Shown here: positions 1 to 10,054 of the stretch, piece by piece
Layout: each line of letters begins with the position of its first letter
Position numbering within the stretch: the first letter of the stretch is position 1
Assembly (NCBI GenBank): GCA_963665755.1
Contig: OY762445.1
Location: 619,007-683,006 of the forward strand
Length of the DNA stretch: 64,000 nt
Direction: 5' to 3'
Source of the DNA: a bacterium
GTDB taxonomy: Bacteria > JAAXHH01
Notes under the pieces: generated by a model
The model's input: the letters and a program-made list of their open reading frames with translations, nothing else
Told to the model about the DNA's origin: nothing
The model's database searches: none
Program-made: the position numbers and the translations under genes

Positions 1-351
1 TTCCTGTATGCCGCTGAACACCGGCTGGTGGATATCTTTCAACCGGATATCAAGTGGTGCGGCGGGATGTCCGCCGCGGTCCGCATCTGCCACATCGCCG
101 AGGCCGCCGGGCTGACCGCCGCACCGCATGGCGCCATGAACGATCCCTATGGACAACACCTGGTCTTCGCCATGCCCGCGGCAAGGTGGGGCGAAAGGTC
201 AAGCGGAGTCTCTCCGCCCGGGGTACCCCTCGCGGAGATGGTTGAACTGCCGGGAACGGCCGTTATCGAAGACGGTTGTTTGACGCCCAGTGACGCTCCG
301 GGTTTCGGGATCGAGGTGGACCAGGCATGGCTGGACCACGTAGCCGTATGA
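1..351 (+). CDS. enolase-superfamily enzyme (mandelate racemase/muconate lactonizing enzyme family), C-terminal part; the 5' end lies outside the window
   Basis: Frame 1 is open from base 1 to the stop at 349-351. The translation ...DIFQPDIKWCGG...APHG...PGFGIEVD... matches the MR/MLE C-terminal barrel pattern. Confidence 0.7.
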   Translation, partial: FLYAAEHRLVDIFQPDIKWCGGMSAAVRICHIAEAAGLTAAPHGAMNDPYGQHLVFAMPAARWGERSSGVSPPGVPLAEMVELPGTAVIEDGCLTPSDAPGFGIEVDQAWLDHVAV

Positions 352-354
352 CGG

Positions 355-1455
355 TTATTCCTCCGGCCCACGGTCTTCAGATTCCTGCGGTAGATGAACC
401 GTCCGGGTCGGAAAGGCCAGACTGAGACCGAGCGATTCGACGATCTCCATGATCTTCAGGTTTACGTCCTCCCTGATCCGCAGGTAGTCCTCCCACACCG
501 TTGTCGCGGTAAAGTAGTAGACCATGATGTCGAGGGAGTTCTCGGCAATCTCGTTGAAGCGTACGAGCATGGTCGATTCCTGGCTTACTTCGGGATGGGT
601 ACGCAGCAGTTTTTCTATCCTTGAAACGGCCTCTCTCATCAGTTCAGACGGTGTATCGTAGGTGAGTCCCACCGTGATCCATACCCGGCGGTATGGCCGG
701 GATGAGATATTGTCGATCACGAATTCCGCCAGCCGGTTGTTCGGAATGGCGACGACGGTCTGTTCAAAAGTCCGGATCCTGGTGCTGCGAAATCCGACGC
801 TTTCCACCACGCCTTCGATCTCCCGGTCGGGCGACACGATCCAGTCCCCGGCGACGAAGGGTCGGTCGACCAGCAGCATGATGGAACCGAACACGTCGGC
901 CAGGGTCTTCTGTGCGGCCAGCGCCACGGCCAGACCGCCGATCCCCAGACCGGCAAGCAATCCTGATACCGAGTAACCCAGATTCTGCAGGATCATGAGC
1001 GCCGCCAGAATCCAGACCAGGATCTGAAGCGCTCTCTCCACGAGCGGAACCAGGTGGTCGTCCAGGGTCGTGTCCGTTTTGTGGGCCCACGTCTTGAGCA
1101 TTGACGTGAAAACGTTGACGCATCTGAAAATCATCCAGGCCGTCAGAAGTGAAAAGGGCACCCAGAATCCCGCCCGCAACACCCCCATGACCATTTCAGG
1201 CGGACGCAGCGTATAAATGGCGAGATACAAACCCAGCACGACGATAACCCATTCGAGAGGTTTCTCGACCGCCATGATCAGCATATCGTCCAGGTGGGTC
1301 CTGGTAACGCGGGCCAGCCGTTTGGCGGCGCGGGTCATCAAGTGCTTGAACAGCCATTTAAAAACAAGCGTCCCAAGCAGAATCGCAAAGGTTGTGCCGA
1401 TTTCCCTGCCCGTCCACTGCCACGACTGTTCGAGCAGGTTGTAGAGGGTGTCCAT
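355..1455 (-). CDS. mechanosensitive ion channel, MscS family
   Basis: N-terminal TM helices are followed by GLGIGGLAVALAAQKTLADVFGSIMLLVDRPFVAGDWI, an MscS pore-helix/beta-domain signature. I moved the start to ATG 1455 (MDTLYNLL), which has GAAGGA 7 nt upstream. The ORF track extends to 1506. Confidence 0.85.
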   Translation of the reverse strand: MDTLYNLLEQSWQWTGREIGTTFAILLGTLVFKWLFKHLMTRAAKRLARVTRTHLDDMLIMAVEKPLEWVIVVLGLYLAIYTLRPPEMVMGVLRAGFWVPFSLLTAWMIFRCVNVFTSMLKTWAHKTDTTLDDHLVPLVERALQILVWILAALMILQNLGYSVSGLLAGLGIGGLAVALAAQKTLADVFGSIMLLVDRPFVAGDWIVSPDREIEGVVESVGFRSTRIRTFEQTVVAIPNNRLAEFVIDNISSRPYRRVWITVGLTYDTPSELMREAVSRIEKLLRTHPEVSQESTMLVRFNEIAENSLDIMVYYFTATTVWEDYLRIREDVNLKIMEIVESLGLSLAFPTRTVHLPQESEDRGPEE

Positions 1456-1625
1456 AGACCGATCCTTCCCGCCGGGGCCGGTTCTCCCGGCATTTTTTTG
1501 TCGCATCGCCGGCGCCGATGCATATATTTCAAGGGCTGTATCTTAACGTAAGGCCGGTGGACTGTCAAGTCGAGGTCGCCTTGGCAGGATTCCCCGGCAA
1601 GGGTACATGCAGAAGGAGGAAGGGT

Positions 1626-3737
1626 GTGTCGACTCGTGTCAGCGTCCTGATTATCTCGGCTGTGTTTATCAGCTTAACCACTGTGCTTTGCGATGGTTCT
1701 GGACTGCCGGAACCGCCCAAGTACACCGGCGATCTTCCGGAACTCCGGTCGCGCGGCGTGATCCGCTTCATTGTTCGTCCGGATGCAATCGACCATATAC
1801 CCCGCAATGCGGAATCCGTTGAGCTCGACCACGACATAGCAAGGAGCATAGCCGAATCGCTTAAGCTCGAATTGCGGATGGTCACGGTCGACGACCACCG
1901 GTCCATGGTCGACAAACTCCTGCTGGGCGAGGGTGACATCGTCGCCGCGAATCTCACGGACACACCGGAACGGGAGGCGAAAACCGCATTTTCGGTTCCC
2001 TATCACTATGTCGATAAGTACCTGATCGTTCCCGCCGGCGAAAGTGTCCCGGATAGCCTTGGCGATCTGGCCGGTATGGAGATCAGCGTTCGGGAATCCA
2101 GCGCATACTACCAGACTCTCCTGGAGTTGCAGAAGCAGGTGCCCGACCTGAGGATAAACATCGTACCAGAAACGATGTTGACGGAAAGTATCATCGACGG
2201 GGTAGCCCGCGGTGAGTTCGAGGCAACGGTCTGCGACAACAACCTGTGGCATGCCGTCGAGAAAGCCTACGACGACCTGGCCGCGCCGCTTGCGTTGGCG
2301 GAAAACCGTGAGATCATCCTGCTGATGCGGCCCGGCGCCGAGGAACTGAAGAAGAAAGTCGACGAGACTCTGCTGGCGCTGCAGATTTCGCCCTCCCGAG
2401 AAGAAGTTTACACCGATGATCTGGAAGGTTTGAAGAAACGCGGCCGACTCCGCATGATCACGCGAAACAACACGCTCACCTATTTCATCCACCGCGGAAT
2501 GCAGGTCGGTTACGAATACGAATTACTGAAAGAATTCGCCAGCCGGCATGATCTCCGTCTGCAAATCGTCATACCGGACAACCACGCCAAACTGCTCGAC
2601 TACCTGAACGAGGGAAAGGGAGACATCGTCGCCGCGGCCATGACGATCAACGAAGAGCGGGAGACGAAAGCGGATTTCACCATATCATACAACGACGTGG
2701 ATGAACTGGTGGTGGTCCGCTCGGATGAAGACGACATTTCGAGTTTCGGGGATCTTGCCGGACGCAAGGTGCATGTCCGGGCCAGTTCATCGTTCCGCGC
2801 TACGCTCGAGGCGGTCGCCGATTCCATCGAAGGGCTGGAGATTGTCGAGCTTCCTGACGATGTCGAAACGGAGGACATTCTGGTCGGTATCGACGAGGGT
2901 ATCTACGACGTGACCATGGCCGATTCCAACCTGCTAGAGGTGGAACAGGCCTATGGACGCAACCTGAAGGCCGCGTTTCGTGTCAAGCCGGCTTCGCTGG
3001 GATGGGCGGTGCGCAAAAACAATACTGCCCTCGGCGCCGCGCTCGACCAGTATATCAAGCAAGAAAAAAGAGGGCTGTTCTTCAACCTGATGCACAAAAA
3101 GTACTTCGAAAACCTGCGTACAATCGCCAAATCCAGGGATTCTCTGAGGGTTGACCTGAGCGGGCAGCTTTCTCCTTACGACGATCACGTCAAGAAATAC
3201 TCCGAATATTACGGGCAGGACTGGCGGCTGGTCACGGCGCAAATGTATCAGGAATCCAAGTTCGATCCGGATGCCGTGAGTTGGGTTGGTGCCCTGGGAC
3301 TCATGCAGGTGATGCCGGCAACGGGAAAGCAGATGGGTTTCACGGAACTGCATGACCCGGAACAGGGGATCCATGCCGGCGTGAAGTACATGGATCACCT
3401 CCTGAACCGATTCGATCCCAAGCTGCCGATGGAGGTGCGGGTACACTTCGCCCTCGCTTCCTACAATGCCGGATACGGCCATCTCCTCGACGCCCGGCGC
3501 CTGGCCAGGGAACTGGGCCGGGACCCCGACCAGTGGTTCGGGCACGTAGAACAAGCCATGCTGCTCCTTTCCAAACCTGCTTACTACAAACGCGCCCGAT
3601 ACGGATTCTGCCGCGGCGGCCAGCCCGTCCACTACGTCGCGAACATCCAGCAGTCCTACGCGGCTTACGTGGAAGCGCTCACCTCGGACAAACCGGTTTT
3701 CTCGGACGACGCGGCTGAACTCGCCACGCGGAAATAG
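1626..3737 (+). CDS. membrane-bound lytic transglycosylase, MltF-like, with two tandem solute-binding-protein-like modules plus an SLT domain
   Basis: Two SBP_bac_3-like repeats (GDIVAANLT... and GDIVAAAMT...) precede an SLT catalytic region (YQESKFDPDAVSWVGALGLMQVMP, ASYNAGYGH). GTG 1626 follows GGAGG at 1615-1619, and a hydrophobic anchor VLIISAVFISLTTVL comes next. Confidence 0.8.
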   Translation: MSTRVSVLIISAVFISLTTVLCDGSGLPEPPKYTGDLPELRSRGVIRFIVRPDAIDHIPRNAESVELDHDIARSIAESLKLELRMVTVDDHRSMVDKLLLGEGDIVAANLTDTPEREAKTAFSVPYHYVDKYLIVPAGESVPDSLGDLAGMEISVRESSAYYQTLLELQKQVPDLRINIVPETMLTESIIDGVARGEFEATVCDNNLWHAVEKAYDDLAAPLALAENREIILLMRPGAEELKKKVDETLLALQISPSREEVYTDDLEGLKKRGRLRMITRNNTLTYFIHRGMQVGYEYELLKEFASRHDLRLQIVIPDNHAKLLDYLNEGKGDIVAAAMTINEERETKADFTISYNDVDELVVVRSDEDDISSFGDLAGRKVHVRASSSFRATLEAVADSIEGLEIVELPDDVETEDILVGIDEGIYDVTMADSNLLEVEQAYGRNLKAAFRVKPASLGWAVRKNNTALGAALDQYIKQEKRGLFFNLMHKKYFENLRTIAKSRDSLRVDLSGQLSPYDDHVKKYSEYYGQDWRLVTAQMYQESKFDPDAVSWVGALGLMQVMPATGKQMGFTELHDPEQGIHAGVKYMDHLLNRFDPKLPMEVRVHFALASYNAGYGHLLDARRLARELGRDPDQWFGHVEQAMLLLSKPAYYKRARYGFCRGGQPVHYVANIQQSYAAYVEALTSDKPVFSDDAAELATRK

Positions 3738-3756
3738 CCGAAAGTCGGAGCATTCC

Positions 3757-5130
3757 ATGGATTCCGACGTCAGAGACCCCATCCGCCGGGAACCCTGGCA
3801 GAACCTCCAGGTACTCATCCAGGCCGATTCACGGCACGTACTGCCTTCCTATATCGGTTCGCTGACGGCGAGCGAACTCGCCCTGGCCGTCTCGCGCCTG
3901 AGCCAGGAAGAGCATACCCGGCTGCTCAATCTCCTTTCGCCCCAGGACGCGGCCGAGTTGATCGATCAGATCGAGGACGTGCAGGCGGTCGACCTGATCG
4001 AGGATCTCCCGGCGGCGGAAGCCGCGGCGATCGTCGACGAGATGTACAGTGCCGCCCAGGCGGACCTGCTCGGCGACTTGAAAGACGAAGAAGCGCAAGC
4101 TATTCTCGAGGCGATGCCGGACGAAACGGCCGAGGAAGTCCGGCGCCTGATGCAGTATCAGGACGATACGGCCGGCGACATGATGCTGACCGAGTTTGTA
4201 TCCTATCCCGCGGATTACTCCGTTCAGCACGTAATCGACGACCTGCGGAACAGACACGATGAATACGCCGGTTACGATGTACAGTATCTTTATGTTTCGG
4301 ACGGACCGAAGCTGTCCGGTGTACTGAGACTGCGCGACGTGCTCATGGCACTGCCCGGCCAGTCGCTCACGGAGATCATATCGGCAGACCCGGTGCGCGT
4401 CAACGTCCATACGCCGCTTGAGGAAATGCGCGACCTCTTCGAGACCTATACCTATCTCGGACTGCCGGTTACCAATGAAGAAGGGAAACTGGTCGGCGTA
4501 GTACGCGCCGCGGACGTGCAGGAAAAACTGGCGAAACAGACAGAGAGCGAGTTCCGAAAGACGAGCGGTATCGTGGGCGGCGAGGAACTGCGCAGCATGC
4601 CCGTCCTTACAAGGTCCTCTCGCCGGCTGTCCTGGCTCAGCGTCAACGTCGTGCTGAACATCATGGCGGCGAGCGTCATCGTATTATACCAGGATACCAT
4701 TGAAAAGGCGATCACCCTGGCGGTATTTCTGCCCATCATTTCAGACATGAGCGGATGCTCGGGCAACCAGGCCGTGGCCGTGAGCATCCGGGAACTGGCC
4801 CTGGGCCTCGTACGGCCCAGGGAGATCCTGCGCGTCCTCTACAAGGAAGTCTCGGTGGGACTCATGAACGGACTGGTGCTCGGGACGCTCTTGGCCGTAG
4901 CCACCCAGTTGTGGCAGGGAAACCCTTACCTGGGTCTAGTCGTCGGAACCGCCTTGGCCGCGAACACGGTGCTGGCAGCGTGCCTGGGAGGGGTCATTCC
5001 CCTTGCGCTCAGAGCACTCAAGGCCGATCCCGCGCTGGCCTCCGGTCCCATGCTCACGACGGTAACCGACATGTGCGGCTTCTTTCTTCTCCTCAGCCTG
5101 GCGCAGTTCGTGTTGCCGAAACTGGCATGA
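3757..5130 (+). CDS. mgtE: magnesium transporter MgtE
   Basis: 457 aa with an acidic N-domain, a CBS pair, and a C-terminal MgtE membrane domain (FLPIISDMSGCSGNQA, TVTDMCGFFLLL). Confidence 0.9.
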   Translation: MDSDVRDPIRREPWQNLQVLIQADSRHVLPSYIGSLTASELALAVSRLSQEEHTRLLNLLSPQDAAELIDQIEDVQAVDLIEDLPAAEAAAIVDEMYSAAQADLLGDLKDEEAQAILEAMPDETAEEVRRLMQYQDDTAGDMMLTEFVSYPADYSVQHVIDDLRNRHDEYAGYDVQYLYVSDGPKLSGVLRLRDVLMALPGQSLTEIISADPVRVNVHTPLEEMRDLFETYTYLGLPVTNEEGKLVGVVRAADVQEKLAKQTESEFRKTSGIVGGEELRSMPVLTRSSRRLSWLSVNVVLNIMAASVIVLYQDTIEKAITLAVFLPIISDMSGCSGNQAVAVSIRELALGLVRPREILRVLYKEVSVGLMNGLVLGTLLAVATQLWQGNPYLGLVVGTALAANTVLAACLGGVIPLALRALKADPALASGPMLTTVTDMCGFFLLLSLAQFVLPKLA

Positions 5131-5181
5131 AACAGGTAAATTGGATCAAACCCACGGTCTAACTACCCCGACGTCGGGCAG

Positions 5182-6579
5182 GTGGATCGTGCGACATGCC
5201 ATTCGGACAAAAGGACATTCGCGGTGCACCCCAGCATATCCAACACCCTCGGTAGTATCCGCAAGGCAAGCCGGTTCATCGGCAGCGAGATCTGGCTCAT
5301 CAACACCCAGGGATTGTCCCGGCTGCACGCACTCCTGGTGCGTATTGCCAAGTCCGTGATCTTCTTGTATAACCAGTTCTGGGAAGACCGCCTGCTGACC
5401 CGCGCCTCGGCACTGACCTTCTCCAGCCTGCTGGCCCTGGTCCCGCTGCTCGCCATCGTCTTTACCCTGTACCAAAGCATGGGCCTGTACGTGGAAATCG
5501 AACCAACCCTCCGGGAATGGCTGAGTCCACTGGGCAGCAACGGAGATGTAGTGGCCACGAATATCATGAATTTCCTGGCCAACGCCCAGACCGGCACGCT
5601 GGGATACGTAGGTTTGGTGGTCCTTCTATTCGCGGTCCTGGGAATCCTGGCGAATATCGAGGAATCCTACAACGACATCTGGCACGTTCGGCAGATGCGA
5701 AACTGGAGGCAACGACTAGTCAGCTACCTGGCCCTGTTGCTCATCGGACCGCTGATCATCACCGGCGTAGTTACTTTTACGGGTTCGTCCGACAGCATTG
5801 CCATCCTGGCCTACATCGAACGGATCGCGGGATTCTCGCCCCTGTCCTTACTGCTGATCGGACTCTTTTTCTCACTCATTATCTGGTCGGTGCCCAATAC
5901 GCGGGTTTGGATCCGTTCCGCCCTGGTCGGCGGCATGAGTTCCGGGTTCGGCTGGTTATGGCTCAACTGGGCCTTCGCCCAGTTCATTGCCGATACGACG
6001 CAGGCGAGCGCGAGAGAGATCCTTTTTGCCGGCTTCGCCGCCCTGCCGCTATTCCTGATCTGGCTGTACCTGGGCTGGGTGATCCTGCTGCTGGGAGCGA
6101 TCCTGGCCTATTCGATTCAGAACGTGAACACCATGGAATGGAGGCAATCGGAGCGGGTCCACGGGACGGCGCTGCGGAATTACATCAACGTCCTCGCGTT
6201 CCTCTACATCATCCGCAATTACGTGGAAGAAAACCGGCCGACCAGGCTGGACCGGCTTGCCGTACAGACGGGGGCTCCGGAGAACGTGTTGGACGAAATG
6301 CTGTCTTCCTACGTGGATTCCGGTCTGCTTTCGAGGAAATCCGGACACCGCGTCACCTACGTTCCAGCCACCTCGCCTGCGGATATTCCCCTGCGTTCCC
6401 TGCTGAACGTTCTGTACCATCCGGAAACGCTGCCGGACCGGTTCGAGGGCGTCGATCCGCTGCATGCCATGGCCCGGGACCTACTGCAGTACTACCGGAC
6501 GTCCTACCACTATCCCCTCGATCAGTCCCTTACGGACACGGTGCTTTCACTCACGCCGCCGAGGAAGAACGCCCAGTGA
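5182..6579 (+). CDS. YihY/BrkB-family inner-membrane protein with a C-terminal soluble extension
   Basis: A multi-TM ORF with the RASALTFSSLLALVPLLAIVF motif typical of the YihY (formerly RNase BN) family. The exact start is uncertain (GTG 5182 or downstream). Confidence 0.7.
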   Translation: MDRATCHSDKRTFAVHPSISNTLGSIRKASRFIGSEIWLINTQGLSRLHALLVRIAKSVIFLYNQFWEDRLLTRASALTFSSLLALVPLLAIVFTLYQSMGLYVEIEPTLREWLSPLGSNGDVVATNIMNFLANAQTGTLGYVGLVVLLFAVLGILANIEESYNDIWHVRQMRNWRQRLVSYLALLLIGPLIITGVVTFTGSSDSIAILAYIERIAGFSPLSLLLIGLFFSLIIWSVPNTRVWIRSALVGGMSSGFGWLWLNWAFAQFIADTTQASAREILFAGFAALPLFLIWLYLGWVILLLGAILAYSIQNVNTMEWRQSERVHGTALRNYINVLAFLYIIRNYVEENRPTRLDRLAVQTGAPENVLDEMLSSYVDSGLLSRKSGHRVTYVPATSPADIPLRSLLNVLYHPETLPDRFEGVDPLHAMARDLLQYYRTSYHYPLDQSLTDTVLSLTPPRKNAQ

Positions 6580-6597
6580 TCCGAGGCGGGTAAACGC

Positions 6598-7780
6598 CTA
6601 GTAACAGGTACCGGAACGCCTCAATCCCTCCAGGCTGCATCCCCGCGCCAGGTCGTGTCCTTTGACCGTGCGGAAGAATGCTTCCATCCCGAGCAGAAAG
6701 GGTTCGATGTATTCCCGCGAACCGGCCTTGCCCATGTGACCCACGCGTAGCGAGTCCCTTGCAAACTCACCCATGGCCTGTGCCGCCAGGAAGCCATGGT
6801 TGCGCAGCAGGTAGGTCCGCAGTTCCGCGGCTTCGGACACGTCCGGGTGGACCCGGAAGGTAGTCACCGTGTAGGACGCGGACGCGTCGGCAACGATGGG
6901 GGCGCACCCCACTGCGCGCAGTCCGGTGCGGACCACGGACTGGGCCCATGCGTACCGGGACCAGTGACCTTTCAGGGTCTCGTGGTGGATGATCCGCCGC
7001 AGGCTGGCATGAAGGGAGGCGATCAGGCTGCTGGACTGCGTCGTGGGATAGGGATGTTCTCCCGAAGCTTCGGACGCCCGCTTCCAGACGGCGAGGTCGT
7101 AGTACCAGCCCCGGTGGGCGCTGTCCTTGGCGCGTATGATTTCCCACGCCCGGTCGCTGACCGCCAGAATACCCAGGCCCGGTGCGGTTTCAAGGGCCTT
7201 GTTTGAAGAAGTCACGGCCACGTCGATCCCCAGTTCGTCCACGGGAATGTCATAAGCCGCCCAGGGCCGAAACGCCGTCAACGAAGAAGGGCAGATCGAA
7301 CTCGCGTGCCAGGCCGGCATATTCCTCCAGGGGATTCCGGACGCCCGTGCCCGTATCGTTGGCGACCACGACCAGACCGGATGCCGCCGGGTGCCGTTCA
7401 AGCGCATTGCGCATTTTGGCCGGATCGGCGGGCTCGCCCCATGGGTCATCCACGGCGACGACCTCGCTTCGGAATGCCTTGAGTATTTCGACGAGCCGGT
7501 TGGCGAATGGGCCGTTGGTCGCCACCACCACCTGTTCACCGGGCCGGAAGAGGCTGCTCAGTCCAGCATCCAGCGCGCCGGAACCGGGGGCGGTCATGAT
7601 GATGATGTCGTTACGGGTCTGGAAGATGGTCCGCAGCATCGATACGGTTTCTTCGTAGATGGGACCGAAGTCTTCGCCGTAGTGGGGCAGTACCTGCTCG
7701 CTCAGGGCCTGCAGGGTTTCCTCCCAGATATCGATGGGACCGGGCAACAGCAATTTGGGTCGGGCCATGGGTTTACTCAA
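6598..7780 (-). pseudogene. class V aminotransferase (serine-pyruvate/alanine-glyoxylate type) interrupted by a 1-nt frameshift near 7250-7262
   Basis: ORF 7250..7780 ends ...FFVDGVSALGGL-stop. The homologous continuation YDIPVDELGIDVAVTSSNKALETAPGLG (PLP-lysine motif) runs in another frame down to 6598. Confidence 0.7.
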
Positions 7781-8988
7781 TCCAGGTGAACGTCGGGATG
7801 CTTGGCGATTATTTCGTTGATTGCGCTGATGAAGCGGTCGATGTCTTCGTAGGAATCATAGAAGTGCGTGGAGACCCTGAAGAAGGAAAGGTCGTTCGCT
7901 CCTATGGCGGTGACCTCGATCTTGTAGTCTTTCCAAAGGTACTCACAGACCTTGGGAAGATCTATGCCTTCGATCGAGAAACTGGATATGAACCCGGACA
8001 TGGATTCGTCCATGGGGATCGTAAGCCGGGCACCCCGGATCCGTTCGAGCGCCTGCGCCTTCAGGTACCGGGCCAGGCCGATACAGTAAGGACGGATCCT
8101 GCTCTCCCATCCGATGTCGAGCTGGTAATCGATGGCGTCCCCCAGGCAGGCATGGGGGGTCAGATCGCGCGTTCCGTTCACATCGTAGCGGCTGGCTGCA
8201 TCCGTTTCACGCATGTTGTGGCCGATTACTACGGGACGGACCTTGTTCTGGTACTTGGCATCCATGTAGAGAAACCCCACGCCCTTGGGCGCCAGCAGCC
8301 ACTTGTGGGAACTGCTCGCGTAGAAGTCGCACCCGACGTCCGAAAGGTCCAGGGGAACCATGCCGACGGCGTGGGCGCCGTCCACCATGGCCACGGCGCC
8401 GTGCGCATGGGCCAGGCGAGTGAGTTCCTTGATGGGGGCGACGAGTCCGGTCGTGAAGTATACGTGGCTGAAAACGACCACGCTGGTGTTATCGGTGATT
8501 CCCGCTTCGTAGGCTTCCACGATATCCCGGGGTGAGGACGGCGGCGTGGGTAACGGAACATAGTTCAGGTTCAGGCCGTCCCGCTCGGCCAGCCAAGTCC
8601 ACAGGGCGCGGACGGCGGGGTATTCCTGGTCGCTCAGCAGCACGTCGCTTCCACGTTCCCAGATCAGACCCTGACCGGGTATGTTCATGCCCATGGTCGT
8701 GTTCAGCACGAGGGCGATCCGGTCCGGGGTCGTTCCGACGAACCGGGCGAGCTTCTCCCTGGACTGCTCCACCAGAGGCCTGAGAAGATCGCCGTGCCGG
8801 CGATGCAGGGGATCCGCCTCGAACTCCCGCATCAGGTCGATGATCCGTTCGATGACCGGCCTGGCGGACGGCCCGACCGTTCCGCCCTGCAGGTAGGTTA
8901 CGTCGTCCATCAGGTAGAACTGTTTCCTGATGTCGGACCAATAGGCGGCTTCTTCGGCGGCGATAGGATGCCTGGATTGAGCGGTCAT
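7777..8988 (-). CDS. class V PLP-dependent aminotransferase-fold enzyme (cysteine desulfurase/isopenicillin-N-epimerase-like)
   Basis: 403 aa with the PLP-lysine motif SSSHKWLLAPKGVGFLY. It overlaps the downstream pseudogene start by 4 nt. Confidence 0.8.
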   Translation of the reverse strand: MTAQSRHPIAAEEAAYWSDIRKQFYLMDDVTYLQGGTVGPSARPVIERIIDLMREFEADPLHRRHGDLLRPLVEQSREKLARFVGTTPDRIALVLNTTMGMNIPGQGLIWERGSDVLLSDQEYPAVRALWTWLAERDGLNLNYVPLPTPPSSPRDIVEAYEAGITDNTSVVVFSHVYFTTGLVAPIKELTRLAHAHGAVAMVDGAHAVGMVPLDLSDVGCDFYASSSHKWLLAPKGVGFLYMDAKYQNKVRPVVIGHNMRETDAASRYDVNGTRDLTPHACLGDAIDYQLDIGWESRIRPYCIGLARYLKAQALERIRGARLTIPMDESMSGFISSFSIEGIDLPKVCEYLWKDYKIEVTAIGANDLSFFRVSTHFYDSYEDIDRFISAINEIIAKHPDVHLD

Positions 8989-9283
8989 GGTCTGTCCCGG
9001 ACTAGGGTGAAAAACGGCGCTTATCGTTGACGGACATCGCGATTATACTAACCGGACCGCATAGGGGTGTCAAGGCGTTACGAAGCTTTTGGACCGGCGA
9101 GGTAAATGGCGGTCAGGTCATCGAATGGAACCCGATCCGTACCATGCGCTGAACGTCAGAAATGCCTTGTCAACACGGCCGCGGCATCTACCTTGTGCTG
9201 GATTGCCTTCGTTGAAGGAACCATGACGATCGAGGTTATCGTTCACACGTTTCAGACTGGGCCAGAAAAGGAGAAAACAGCCA

Positions 9284-10039
9284 ATGCGAGGAAACAGGGT
9301 GCTGGAGAAACTGAGGGCCGGTGAGACCGCCCACGTGGTCGGCGGCCACAGCCACACGGCGAATTCCATCGATTTCATGGGCCAGTTCGGATTCGACGGC
9401 TTCTGGATCGAGGGCGAACACGGCGACATTACTTTCGACCGGATCGGTGACGTCTCCCGGGCATGCGACCTGTGGAACATGGCGTCTGTCATGCGTGTAC
9501 ACGCCAACGAGACCGGGTTGATCGGCCGCACGCTGGACTGCGGAGTCAGCGGCCTGGTCGTCCCCCATGTGAGCAGCGCCGAGGCGGCGGAACGCGTGGT
9601 GCGCGCCAGCCGGTTCGCGCCGGCCGGCATGCGCGGCATGTACTTCAACCGACGGGGCTACGGTACCGACAACAGCGAGTTCATCGCGAAGGTGAACGAT
9701 GAGATCCTCGTCATCGTCCTCATCGAAGAGATCGAGGCCGTTGAAAACCTGGACGAAATACTCGCCGTGGACCACATCGACGTATTCTTCGTCGCCCCGG
9801 GCGACCTCGCCCAGACCATGGGCTATCCGGGACAGATGTATCACCCGGAAGTGAAGAAAGTGGTTTCCGATACGCTAGGACGGATCGTCGCGGCCGACCG
9901 GAACGCCGGATCACTTGTCGGGGAGGAGACCTTCGAGGCACACGCCGAGATCGGCGTCCGGTTCTTCTTCACCGTGTATGACCACTGGCTCCGGACCGGC
10001 GCCAAGGCATACTGGGACAGAGTGGCTTCCCAGGGGTAG
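9284..10039 (+). CDS. HpcH/HpaI-family aldolase
   Basis: 251 aa containing FDGFWIEGEHG, VMRVHAN, LVVPHVSSAEAAERVV and VFFVAPGDLAQTMG, typical of 2-keto-3-deoxy-acid aldolases of the HpcH family. AAGGAG lies upstream of the ATG. Confidence 0.8.
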   Translation: MRGNRVLEKLRAGETAHVVGGHSHTANSIDFMGQFGFDGFWIEGEHGDITFDRIGDVSRACDLWNMASVMRVHANETGLIGRTLDCGVSGLVVPHVSSAEAAERVVRASRFAPAGMRGMYFNRRGYGTDNSEFIAKVNDEILVIVLIEEIEAVENLDEILAVDHIDVFFVAPGDLAQTMGYPGQMYHPEVKKVVSDTLGRIVAADRNAGSLVGEETFEAHAEIGVRFFFTVYDHWLRTGAKAYWDRVASQG

Positions 10040-10054
10040 ACCGGACAAGCGGTT

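Noticed and set aside
6598-7780. Programmed ribosomal frameshift in the split aminotransferase.
   Set aside because: There is no slippery X-XXY-YYZ heptamer or downstream structure at the junction GGCGGCTTATGAC. A mutation or consensus error is more parsimonious.
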